Source: Mobula hypostoma
Lineage: Eukaryota
Assembly (NCBI RefSeq): GCF_963921235.1
Contig: NC_086109.1
Coordinates: 19,904,001 to 19,968,000, forward strand
Length of the DNA stretch: 64,000 nt
Reading direction: 5' to 3'
The number at the start of each line of letters is the position of its first letter. Position 1 is the stretch's first letter. The translations under genes and the position numbers were made by a program. Shown here piece after piece: positions 1 through 11,999 of this stretch. The notes beneath the pieces are model-generated. The model was not told where the DNA came from. It did no database searches and saw only the letters and a list, made by a program, of their open reading frames with translations.

Positions 1-425
1 ACTACAAACTGCCCAACCCTTCTCCCCTTCATTGACTATACTTCTCATTGCATCAGTAAAGCAGCCAGAATAATCAAAGACCCCACCCCCACCCCCACCC
101 CCACCATGGTCATTCTCTCTTCTCTCCTCTCCCATCAGGCTGAAGGTACAAAAGCCTGAAAACATTTATCACCAGACTCAAAGACAGCCTCTATTCGTTA
201 TAAAATAATTCCCTAGTGTGATAAATTGGACTCTAGACCTCAAAATCTATCTCATTATGATCTTGCACCTACCCGCATGCAATTTCTCTGCAGCTGTTAC
301 ACTTTATTCTGCATTGTTAATGTTTTACCTTGTCCTACCTCAATGCACTGTTTAATGATCTGGTCCATATGAACAATATGCAAGACAAGCTTTTCATTGC
401 ACCTTGGTACATGTGGTAATACTAA
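1..425 (+). mobile_element. Rex1/Babar-type LINE 3' fragment
   Basis: Degenerate CISKAARIIKDPT...HSLFSPLPSG..YKSLK...RLKDS C-terminal motif followed by 3' UTR. Confidence 0.7.
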
Positions 426-899
426 ACCAAAACTATCTCCAATTCCTCTTCTCCTCCACTGCGAGTCACCATAAACTTGGCTCTTGTGGTCTTCTGCTGG
501 GAAGTTTCTCCCCTTTGGAATCTAGGGTTGAACATCAGTCAGAAAGCAGTAATAACACCACTTATCTTCTCTCCTAGGCAGTCGTTCATTCCCTCATGTC
601 TGTCCATTCATTACCCACAGTGTAAAACCCCTCAATAAATGTGTTGTCCATGTATATTTCAGCATCATGGTTGCTTCACAGTAGTTCAGCCCACAGCTCC
701 AGCTCTGTAATGCGATTGGCCAGTAACTTCTTCATTGCATTCTCAACATTGCTACCCATTATTTCAGGAACTCTCTATTTCCTCCTTCCGCTAATCCCCT
801 CCACTCTTCTCTCTCTCTTTCCATCCCTCCACTGCTCTTTCCAGTCTCATTTCTCTCTCTCCAATTGTTTACATCTCTCCCACCCCATCCCACTTTCTG

Positions 900-1240
900 T
901 GACTGTACATTGGAAGTAGTCCAAAGGACATTTGCCAGGCTAATTCCTGGGATGGAAGGGTTAACCTCTCAGGAGAAGTGTGACACTTTAGGTCTGCTTT
1001 CCCTGAGCTTTAGAAGAATGAAGAGAGACTTTATTCAAACATATAAAATCCTAAGGCGCCTTAATGGGGTAGAACTCAAGATATTCTCACCAATGGAAAA
1101 ATCACAAACAAGGAGACTTTGATACAAAAAAAGAGAGTGGTCATTAAAAGCTAAGGTGCATAGCAATTTCTACCCTCAGATGGTAGTGAATCTCTGAAAT
1201 TCTCTGCGCCTAAGAGTGTTGGAGGCTGGATTGTTAGAAA
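900..1240 (+). mobile_element. CR1 LINE 3' fragment
   Basis: LEVVQRTFARLIPGMEGL...LGLLSL..RRM..D.IQTYKI motif of the CR1 ORF2 C-terminus. Confidence 0.8.
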
Positions 1241-1457
1241 TAATCACCTATCACCCAGGTCATGCCTTATTCTCATTGCTACCATTAGGAAGGGGGTACA
1301 GAACCCTGAAGGCATACACTCAATGATTCACAAACTGCTTTTTCTCCTCTACCATCTGATTTCAGACTGGTTATTGAACCCATGAACACTACCTCATTAC
1401 CTTACTATTTCTGTTTTTGCACAACTTATTTGATTTAACTGTTATAGATATATATAT

Positions 1458-1705
1458 AAAGGCATCCGTTAGTCTTGCGACACCATGGATCTGCGCCTGG
1501 AAAGTCTTCACTCTCCAGGGCGCAGGCCTGGGCAAGGTTGTATGGAAGACTGGCAGTTGCCCATGCTGCAAGTCTTGCAAGTCTCCCCTCTCCACTACAC
1601 CGATGTTGTCCAAGGGAAGGGCAAGGGCCAATACAGCTTGGCACCGGTGTCGTCGCAGGGCAATGTGTGGTTAAGTACCTTGCTCAAGGACACAACACGC
1701 TGCCT
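1458..1705 (-). mobile_element. 5'-truncated copy of a tRNA-derived SINE (same family as 57700-58008)
   Basis: Closely similar to 57700-57930 over about 245 bp; 3' hairpin at 1491-1525. Confidence 0.75.
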
Positions 1706-1709
1706 CATA

Positions 1710-1911
1710 GTTAATAACTTATCTCCTTCTAACTTGGGCCACAAACTTATCAATCACCCCTGCTGTGGGCACTTTCTGGAGGTCCAAGATCCGTATGCTC
1801 CACGACCGCTGGACTAAGTGTGTACATGTAGGAGGGGACTATGTTGAAAAATAAATGAGCTAGGTTTTCTAAAATTGACTCCTTCTGCCTTAGGCCACGA
1901 ACTTATCAATC

Positions 1912-1912
<1 letters not shown>
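1710..1912 (+). mobile_element. Mariner-derived non-autonomous relic (transposase C-terminus plus terminal repeat)
   Basis: 1789-1854 translates IRMLHDRWTKCVHVGGDYVEK*, the typical mariner RWxKCxxxxGDYVEK end. GGCCACRAACTTATCAATCAC occurs at about 1737 and 1892. Confidence 0.75.

Positions 1913-1962
<50 letters not shown>
1913..1962. repeat. (TG)n microsatellite
   Basis: About 25 TG units read directly. Confidence 0.98.
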
Positions 1963-1963
<1 letters not shown>

Positions 1964-2947
1964 TGTGTCTGTGTAAAATTATATAATTGCATTGTACTGC
2001 TGCCGTAAAGATAATGAATTTCCCAACATATGCCAGAGATATTAAACCTGATTCTGATTCTGATCATCAATGAGGTAGATAAATATCTCAAGTATCTAGG
2101 AATTGAAGACTGTGGGGAGTTGACATTGTGGAGCCAAGGCCAGCATCGATCAGCCATGATCATACTCGTGAGGCAGGCTTGAAAGGTCTAAAGGCCTTTT
2201 CATTCCCCTTTTCTTTGTGTTCTTATTTTCTCCTGCACATATACTCTCCCTCACACACACAAATCTCTTTTTCACCACCAACTTCTTTCTGTCTCATCCA
2301 CCTCATAACATTGTAAGGAACTGAAGTGTTAAACATACCAAGACACTGCCCAGTATTTCTGGTTACAGAACACAGGAATTCCAGGCAGTTCGTCTTGTCA
2401 AACCCTCTCGTGTGCTCAACATCGATTACAATGCAGGTCAAAGGTCAATGAGAGGTGATGAGTGAAATAACAGGGTGCCTAAGCGATGCCACAATATCAT
2501 TAGCTCATGATTGGGATGATTTATTGTACAATTTTCCGGTTCACATCACTTCATCTTTGAACAAAGAATTCATCCATAAGCTGGCAACTTGTCTGTTATT
2601 ATGCAAACAACGCAATCAATTACCATCCTATCTGACATACAATTCATTACTAAATAGTCTTTCTGTGGCGTAGGTTTTTTTCTAATTTATTAATGATAGA
2701 ATTAGATGGCATTTTAATCACGTAAATTAAAGACAAGGCTCACTATGTCTTTATGAGGAATCAAATTGTGCTTGGTTGTTATCTGCATCCTGCTGAGTTC
2801 TCACTGATTTTCTACTTCAAACACACCTTCAGAGCTTTAAGTCTCAAATTCATGTCTCATGATTACTGGACAGCATTCTCACCTCTGTGGCAGTCATTTC
2901 TGGGTTCTAGTCCCAGTTCAGGGACTTTTTACAAAATTCTGCTTGCA

Positions 2948-3425
2948 GAATCAGAATCAGGTTTACTATCTCCGGCATATGTCATGAAATTTGTTAACTT
3001 TGTGGCAGCAGTACAATATAATACATAAATATAGAAAAAATGAATTACAATAAATATATATGTATATTAAATAGTTAATAAAGATAAGTAGTGCAAAAAC
3101 AGAAATTTTTAAAAAAGTAGTGAGGTAGCGTTCATGGGTTCAATGTCTATATAGGAATCGGATGGCAGAGGGGAAGAAGCTGTTCCTGAATCGCTGAGTG
3201 TGTGCCTTCTACCTTCTGTATTTCCTTTCTGATGGTAACAATGAGAAGGGCAATGTCTTAGGTAGTGGGGATCCTTGATGGTGGAAGTAGCTTTTCTGAG
3301 ACACTGCTCCTTCAAGATTTCATGGATACTACGGAGGCTAGTACCCATGATGGAGCTGACTAATTTTACAACTCTCTGCAGCTTACCTCGTCCCTGTGCA
3401 GTGCCCCCCCCTTACCAGACGGTGA
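2948..3425 (-). mobile_element. Rex1/Babar-type LINE 3' fragment with (ATTCTG)n tail
   Basis: Minus-strand CLRKATSTIKDPH motif; the tail reads CAGAATCAGAATCAG on the plus strand. Confidence 0.8.
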
Positions 3426-4001
3426 TACACTGTGCTGCAAGGTCAGAGGTACCGTCTCTTTGATGAGCCCCTCATCTGTCTCCCTCTGAAGCAGATGTCC
3501 ATGAGCGTGTGATATTACACCGAAGAAGAGCAGGGTTGCTGCAGTATGCTCTCCTCAATCATTTTGTTGTTCACAGTGTCCTGCCTTGTGTAACTATGGT
3601 GCCAGATTTATGACAGCAGTGACTATACATCATTGGCTGAAAAGTCTTTCGGTGACGTTTAGATGTTGTTAATGGAATTATGTAACTTAATCCTTTTTGC
3701 TTTTGACTTCCTAATAGTTTTACAATATTAACTCTTTGAGGGTGATAACCAGCAGAATGAGCTGTGGGGGGGGGGAGTGTGGGGGGGATTGGTGGAAGCA
3801 GATATGAGTGGCATTCACTATGAGGATATGAATACACAGGGAACAGAGGGATGTGGATCGTGTACAGGCAGAAGAAAATTTGTTTAATTCAGCATTATGT
3901 TTATCTCAAGCATCATGAGCTTGTTCCTATATTGTATTGTTCTACGTTCTACGTTCTAAGTTCTTTAACTCGGTGTTCTATAATTTTTTGTATGCCAGTA
4001 C

Positions 4002-4880
4002 TGTTACGTACCCCGTAACTGGGTTGCCAAACCAGCAGAAATGGATCACTCAGTTGGAGTCTGGATTACTAGAACTAAGGAAGTTTTATTAAAGAAACAA
4101 GCAACACAGTAATCGAAAGGATAATAAATGCAACAGTTCAGCAATGATAAACACACATGTGCACAGAATTAAGATAACAGCATCAATCAAGTTCTATCGT
4201 TGTCTAGGGGTAAATGACCAATTTCAAAGTGACACAAAGTTCAGTCCAATTTAGTTCAGTTCTCAGTAATCGTTGCCATGGCGATGGACAATGTGGGGGG
4301 AGGGAGAGAGAGAACGAGAACGACTGATCATTCTGAACGGCTTCCACTCACAGACCGGCGATATTGCTCACAAGCAGCTTTCGGGCGGGTCCTTTGTGAT
4401 GTCACCTGAGGTCACCGACTGTGACCCCTCTTCCAGATGTGGTCGATCCTCTGCAGTGAACCCAGCACCCAAGCAAGGGCGGACACACACCGGGTTCCCG
4501 CTGATCGTACCTTTCCACCCTGTGCGTTTAAGGCTGATCACCCGATCAGCCGTCCAAGAGCTTCCCACCGACTCGTGAGAGGCGCACCGCTTCCAGGGTC
4601 TCGTTACCTCGAGTGTCATGTGTGTCCTGCCTTAGCGAACCTGTCCCTTTTTATCCCCCTGCTGGGGTATCGCCTGTCCATCACTTCAAACAGTTCAGGG
4701 TTCAAAGGGGGAGCCGCTCTGGACAGCTCTCTCTCCCGTCCCTTCATTACACATCTCCAGATGCTGCTTCATTGTTCCTTATCTCTCCTTCCCCTGAGGA
4801 CAGGTGGCAGACCAACTGCTGATGCCACTGATGCTAGCCCAGGCCAGCAAACATCTTAATTTTTGCGTATTCTCATCACA
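4002..4880 (-). mobile_element. Solo LTR (Gypsy-like), 879 bp
   Basis: TG...CA termini flanked by the 4-bp TSD GTAC (3998-4001 and 4881-4884). Minus-strand TATA-like ATAAAAAGGG near 4650 and AATAAA near 4085. CpG-rich relative to flanks. Confidence 0.8.
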
Positions 4881-5139
4881 GTACATAGACGTAGAACAGT
4901 ACAACACTGTATGGGCTCTTTTGCCCATGATGTTATATTGACCTATAAAAACCTACTCCACCATCAATCTACCCCTCCCCCCCTACACAGCCCATAACCC
5001 TCCATCTTTTTTACATCCGTGTGCCTGGTAAAGATTTTCTTAAATGTCCCTATTGTATCAGCCTCTACCACCACCCCTAGAAGTGCATTCCAGCCACCTA
5101 CCACACCCTTTGTTAAAAATCTGCCTCTGACATCTTCCC

Positions 5140-5651
5140 CACTCTTTGGTATGGGAGGTGGAACTCTGCACCGGTTTGAAATAAGCTGCAGAAAGTTATG
5201 AACTCAGTCAACTCCATTACAGGCATCAGTTTTCACAGCATCCAGGACATCTTCTGGGAGTGATACCTCAAAAAGGCCACACCCCCGTAACCCAGGTCAT
5301 GCCTTGCCCCCATTGCTGCCATCAGGAAGGAGGTAGAGAAGTCTGAAGGCCCACACTCAACGATTCAGGAACAGCTTCTTCCTCTCCACCGTCTGATTTC
5401 TGAATGGACATTGAACCCATGAGCACCAATTCACTAGTTTTTGTTCCCTCTTATAATTATGTGGTTTTTGTCAGTTTTAGTCGGTCTGTTTTGTGTTTCT
5501 GTAATATCATACTGGAGGAACATTGTATCATTTCTTAATGCGTGCATTACTAAATGACAATAAACAAGGACTGTGTGTCCTCATAATCTAAACGAGGGTT
5601 GAGTGTCCTCATAATCTTTTTGCACTACTTCTTTAATTTAACTTCATCATA

Positions 5652-5709
<58 letters not shown>

Positions 5710-5810
5710 CTGTAACTTACCATCATTATTATTATGTATTGCATTGTACTGCTGCTGCATAACAACAAATTTCACCACATATGCCAGTGATATTAAACCT
5801 CATTCCCTAA
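5140..5810 (+). mobile_element. Rex1/Babar-type 3' fragment with a nested retroposon tail (about 5450-5615) and a (CT)n(AT)n tract
   Basis: PGHAL..LLPSGRR.RSLKAHTQRFRNSFF motif; the nested piece matches the reverse complement of 12935-13090; microsatellite at 5654-5709. Confidence 0.75.
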
Positions 5811-7109
5811 ACTTCCACTGAGTTTAAACGGATGATCCCTAGTATTGGCAATTGCCATCCTGGGAACAAGGTGCTGGCTGCCCACTGTATCTATGCCTCA
5901 CATATTCCTGTACACATCTAACAAACCTCTCACACTCCAAAGGGAAAAGCCCGAACTCGCTCCACTTTTCCTCACAAATTTATACAGCAACAAGAAGATA
6001 AAGATAAAAGATTCGCTTTGTCACATGTACATTGCACAATACAGCAAAGTACTTCAGTATGAGGATTGTGTGGGGACAGCCCACAAGCACAGCCACATTT
6101 CTGGCACCAACGTAGCACGCCCATAACTCACCAGCCCTAACTCTAACCGTACTTGCGGCGTGTTTGGGGAAACCAGAGCACCCTGAGAAACCCCCCTGTG
6201 GTCACAGGGAGAACATCCAAACTCCTTACAAACAGCGGCAAGAATCAAATCCGGATGGTGATTGCCAGCTCTGCAAAGTGATGGCACTAACCTCTATGCT
6301 ACTGTGCTGCCCCTCAAAAAACATAGTTAGATGCCACTATATAGATGATGAAGTTTTAAACATTTGAGTATCGTAAGACCACTAGGGACCCTTCCATACT
6401 TATCAAGGGGAGTGCTAACCTCCTCTCCTTTCATACAAAATTCACTCCTTTCATACAACACAAGACAACTATTCATCCCATCCTTCCTGTGCCAGCTCAC
6501 TGACAGAACTAACATTATCCCATTCCCACAGCTTCAAAATTGCCTAACGTCTTTACCAGCACAAAAGTGTAAAAGAGAACAAATTAATGTCACTCCAGAT
6601 CCGATGCAGCACAAATAAGAAATATGAGATAAAGAACACAATAATTTTAACAAAACAATAAATAGCTTACATAAACATGTGAAATTCTGTAGATGCTGGA
6701 AATTCAAAGCAACACGTACAAAATGCTGGAGGAATTCAGCAAATCAGGCAGCTGAAATCATGGAAATGGATAAACAGTCGATGTTTTGGACCAAGACCCT
6801 GCATCAGAATAGCTTATATACTTAGAATGATTGTGTGTCCATTAGGTGCTGCTGGGCACAGGAGTGTCTGTACATAAGGTGACCGGCAGGAAATAATGAA
6901 GTGGTGGTCGAGGGGTGGGTTCGTGTGGGAGGTGTTGATCTGAAACTTCACTGCATTAAGCGATGCAATTTATTTGGTGGTAACAGATTCAAAGTGATTG
7001 ACAAAAGACTTGTATGCCTAAACAATTTTTTTTATTATTATGGTTCGTCACATACTGGCTGATAGGTCAAAGATGTGTATTCAATGGAATAAGTTATAAT
7101 TTCTTTTTT

Positions 7110-7380
7110 ATGTATTGAGGTACCGCACAGAATCGGCCCTTTGAGCCATGCCGCCCAGTAGTCCCCCAATTTAACCCTAGCCTAATCACAGGTCAATTTA
7201 CAATGACTAATTAACCTACCAACCAGTACATCTTTGGACTGTACGAGGAAACCAGAGCACCCGGAGGAAACTCACGCGGTCACGGGGAAAACACACAAAT
7301 TCCTTACAGGCAGTGTAAAGAATTGAACCCCGGTCGTTGGAGCTGTAAAGCGTTGTGCTAACCACTCTGCTACCATGCTT
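7110..7380 (-). mobile_element. tRNA-derived SINE
   Basis: Minus strand has an A-box-like TAGCAGAGTGG and a B-box-like GGTTCAATTC, then the body shared with copies at about 17180, 26670, 30175, 34185, 36770 and 43370. Confidence 0.7.
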
Positions 7381-9094
7381 GAAGATGAGATAATTGCAGA
7401 GACGTGAGAAAAGGAGGGGAGGGAGAATAGGACTAATTGCATTGACCTTTGAAAGAACTGGAACTGACTGGGGTTGAATATCCTCATTCTGTGGTTATCT
7501 GTGACTCTGTACACACAGATCTTTATAATAATTGTGTACTTTATTTATTATAAAAACACTTAACATAATAGAACAGTCTACAGACATTTATTATCCAGAG
7601 GAGAATCAGTTTTTCATGTCCTTCCCTATTTCCTAATGGTAATTGCATCTCAGCAGGATATCATATGGTCACTACCTCCTTGAATCTGCCCTGCAAGTGT
7701 CAGCTGTATATTCACCACAGGGATCTTCAAAGCTCTGTCTCATGTTGTGTTGACAACAGAGGGTGTTAACTGAGGCTAGCTGAATTTCAGGAGGCTTCAT
7801 CACCTGACACTACAACCCCTGAGCTTTTCTCCTCACTCCAACTATTAGGTATCAGGCAGGTCTGTCCTCACCGAGTTCTGCATTCTCCTCACTCCAACCA
7901 TTCTCCTCACTCCATCCATTCTCTTCACTCCAACCACGGGGCATCAAGCTGGTCTGCCCACACAGAGCACTGCATTCCCTTGCTTGTATGTAAGCCGATA
8001 AACTCTGTTCTCCATCTAAAAAAATGCCTCTTTCTCCAATATTTATTCAAATGGACACAATTCCAATTTTATTGTCATCATAGGCATAGACACGTAGGTT
8101 ATAAATGGCATGAAAATTGGCTTTTTGCGACAGCATGACAGGAAAGAAAAGCAAATTTTCAGTTATGCAATTGTGTAAAAGAGACGGGAGTAACCTGGAT
8201 TGTTGTCCTAATAGCAGAAAAGGTTAAGTGGAGATTCACTAGAATTGATCAAAATTGTGACAGGTGAAATGGTTTCCACTGGCAGGTCAGTAATCAGAAG
8301 GCAGAAATATAATTTAATGGACAAAAATGCCAGGGAGAAATCTGGCACATCATTTTTACCAATGATTGGAAGTCACAGCCTGAGGAGCTGGTGGAAGCAC
8401 ATTCAATGGTTCCTTTCATAAGATGATGGATAAATGGATGAAGGAGATTTTTTTATGGCTGTGGGCAATGAATGGGAGAGAGGGAATAACTGGGATGCAC
8501 TTGAATGGCAGCACAAAAATGATAAGCCAAATGGCCTCATTCTGTCTAGTGTGAATCTTCTTACTGCTTAAAATGAAAACAAAAAACTATTATCTATTTT
8601 TTAAAGCAATTTTTTTTACATAGGTTGTTTGTTAGAAGTTTGTTTCTTTTTAATTGCTCAAGGGCATGCATAGAGAGCTGGCAACTTATCCACACACACA
8701 CAGGCAAAGTTTTGACTGGAAAAGTGCTAGGCCAAGATTAATATTTAGCACCAAAACAATCAATGCCTCTCTCAATGAGCTGATAGCAGCAAAACACAAA
8801 AAGACGTTAGAATGAAAGTCAAAAACCAGATGTAAGTTGAAGCAAAACCATTCATTAAATTGTTGGAATTCATAACTTGTTTCTGATGCATGCACAGGCC
8901 GCTTAAGGATTATCAGGCAGTATTTTGTAAAAGTATGAAGACTGTAATGTAAACAGAAAATATAGGCTAATGTTGCTCCTGCCCCAGTGGCCAGATTGTT
9001 TAAACTTAATGCACAAGTAAAAAGTTTAACCCTTACAGAACTAGAGTGATAAATACAAAAATGGCTTGCCTTTCAATCTCAGGATATTAAATTG

Positions 9095-9430
9095 GACGTG
9101 GAGAGGATGTTTCCAATAATGGGGGAGCCTGGGACCAGAGGGCACGAACTCATAAATGAAGGACGTCCCTTTACAACAGAGGTGAGAGGAATTTATTTAG
9201 CCAGAGGGTGATGAATTTGTGGAATTCATTGCCACGGATGGCTGTGGAGGTCAAGTCATTGAGTACATTTAAAAGAAAGGTTGATAGGTTCTTGATTATT
9301 TAGGGTGTTAAAGGTTATAGGGAGAAGGCAGGAGAACTGGGTTGAGAGAGATACTAAACAGTTATGATTGAATAGTGTAGACACAATGGGCCGAATGGCC
9401 TAATTCTGCTTCTATCTCTTATGGTCTTAT
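9095..9430 (+). mobile_element. CR1 LINE 3' end
   Basis: DVERMFP..G...TRGH..., FSQRVMNLWNSLP motif and a 3' UTR ending in CTTATGGTCTTAT. Confidence 0.8.
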
Positions 9431-9724
9431 AATATCTAAGTGAGCAATTACTGTTATAATGCAAGGAGAGCAGCACACGATCTGTGCACAGTAAGCTCCC
9501 ACCAGCATAGAATATGATAGAACAGTATAGGAACAAGCCCTTCGGCCCACAATGTTGTGTCAAACAAATTAAATTAGCAATCACAAGGGATTCTGCAGAT
9601 GCTGAAAATCCAGAAAAACACACACAAAATGCTGGAGGAACTCAGCAGGTCAGGTAGCATCTTGAGTCTCAGCCTGAAACATCGACTGTTTATTCCTCTC
9701 CAGTGCAATATGTGAAAGAGCCTA

Positions 9725-10210
9725 TAAATTACAATAAGAATAGGGAGCGAGTGTCCATGGGTTCATGGTCCGTTCAGAAATCTGATGGCAGAGCGGAAGA
9801 AGCTGTTCCTGAAACATTGAGTGTGTGTCTGTCTTCAGGCTCCTGTACCTCCTCCCCCTGATGATAGCAATGAGAAGAGGGCATGTCCCTGGGTAGTGGG
9901 GGTCCTTAGCGGTAGATACTGCCTTTCTGAGGCATCCCCTTTTGACGCTGGGGACGCTAGTACCCATGATCGAGCCGCTTGAGTTTGCAACCCTCTGCAG
10001 CTTTTTCCGATCCTGTGCATTGGCACTTCCATACCAGACAATGATGCAACCAGTCAGAATGCTCTGCAGGGTACATTCGTAGAAATTTGCTAGAATCTTT
10101 GGTGACATATTAAATCTCCTCAAACTCCTAATGAAATTAGCCACTGGAGTTCCTTCTTCATAATTGCATCTAATTGTTGAGCTGAGGATAGATCTTCAGA
10201 GGCATTGACA
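9725..10210 (-). mobile_element. Rex1/Babar-type LINE fragment
   Basis: ORF 9722-10144: RSLRRFNMSPKILANFYECTLQSILTGCIIVWYGSANAQDRKKLQRV. Confidence 0.85.
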
Positions 10211-11189
10211 CTCTGGCCCATGCCATGTTAAGAGAGCACAGCAAGAGACATGAGCTGAGCTACCTGTCACAGAATACCTGCTCCAGCAACTGCAGTGCTT
10301 CTGTTACAGTCTGGCTAAGCACTTGCTCAAGTGCGACTGGCAAAATATTGATTGGAGTTCAGCAAGGGTCAAGGGGAGGTGTTTAATTTCAGGCACATTC
10401 AGAGATTATTGTAGCTGGTAGCCGTTGGGCACCAATGTTATTTGAAGACATGTCCAGGTCCTGATTTAATATGAAGCCATGGGCAATGGCCTTAATACTG
10501 CCTCAGATCAGGAAGTCTGGACTTGCAAAGCTGTGGTTCAGAGTTACAGACAAGAGGAGCTGCTTGTGAAGAGATTATCATAAGAAGTCACCGTGCTAAC
10601 AGGGCTCATTCATTATTAAAATACATTCGGTTACACTGACAGCAGTTGTCAAAAATTAATGTTCCATTCACTGTGAAATGAAATGTGAAATGTACAGCCC
10701 CCATGCAATTTGCAAGGATGGTTTGAAGCAAAATAATGATTGTATCACCTCTGATCCTAGTGACACAGTTTCCCATAATTGCAGAGTAAGGAGTATAGTA
10801 TTTCTTTACCCCAGATAATTTTGTCCCTGACTACAAAGGAGCAAAATGACCATTCAGCTCCTCAACCATATTCATTATGTGATCCCTTTGCAGCTCTTCA
10901 GATAAAGAAAGATCCTATTCCTGTAAACAGCAAGTCCTGGACAGCTTTCCAAGTTAGGATGACGTGATGAAAACTGTTGATGTCACACACAGGGAATGAC
11001 CATTTCCAACAAGAGATGGGCAAAATACTTCCCTGTGGAATTTAGTTTCTTGTTAAGTTTATTATTGTCACATGTACCAAAGTACAGTGAAAATCTTGTC
11101 TTGCATACTCTTCATACAGATCAAATCACTACATGGTGCATTGAGGTAGCAGAAGTTAAAACAATAACAGAATGCATAATAAAATGCAC

Positions 11190-11995
11190 AAACACAAGAA
11201 AATCTGCAGATACTGGAAATACAAGCGACACACACAAAATGCTGGAGAAACTCAACAGGCCAGGCGGTATTTATGGAAAAGAGCAAACAGTCAAAGTTTT
11301 GGCCCAACCCCTTCATCAGGACTGGAAAGAAAAAGAGGATGTCAGAATAAGAAGGTGGGGGGAGGGGAGGAAGAAGTACAAGGTGGTAGGTGAAAGGTGA
11401 AACTGGGAGCGGGGGATGGGGTGAAGTAAAGAGCTGGGACGTTGATTGGGCTGAAGAAGGGGGAATCTGATTGGAGAGGATAGAAGACTATGGAAGAAAG
11501 GGAAAGGGGAGGAGCACCAGAGGGAGGTGATGGGCATATGAGAGAGGGAGATGGGAATGGGGAATGATGAAGGGTTGGGCAATTACCAGAAGACTTAGAA
11601 ATCAATGTTCATGCCATCAGATTGGATGCAACCCAAACCGAATATAAGATGTTGCTCCTCCAACCTGAGTGTGGCTTCACTGCGGCAGAAGAGGAGGCCA
11701 TGGACTGACATGTCAGAATGGGAATGGGAAATAGAAGTGAAATAGCTTCCATCTCCAGCCCTTTATCTCTTTCACCAATCAACTTCCCAGCATTTTCCTT
11801 CACCCCCTCCCCTGCTCCCGATCTCACCTATCACCTACCACCTTGTACTTCTTCCTTCCCTGCCCCCATCATCTTAATCTGACTTCTCATCTCTTTCTTT
11901 CAGTCCTGATGAAGGGTCTTGGCCTAAGGCATCAACTGTTTACTCTTTTCCATAGATACTGTCTGTTGAGTTCCTCCAACATCTTGTGCATGCTG
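11190..11995. mobile_element. Penelope-like element fragment with inverted pseudo-LTR
   Basis: Minus-strand GIY-YIG C-terminal remnant (about 11590-11740) and 3' region, followed by an inverted copy of the same 3' region (about 11750-11995). Degenerate hammerhead cores at about 11288-11325 (-) and 11901-11938 (+). Confidence 0.75.
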
Positions 11996-11999
11996 CAGA

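Noticed and set aside
7826..7980. Four copies of TTCTCYTCACTCCAWCYA with intervening sequence
   Set aside because: A small degenerate tandem duplication; the intervening segments are themselves homologous, so they are not spacers.
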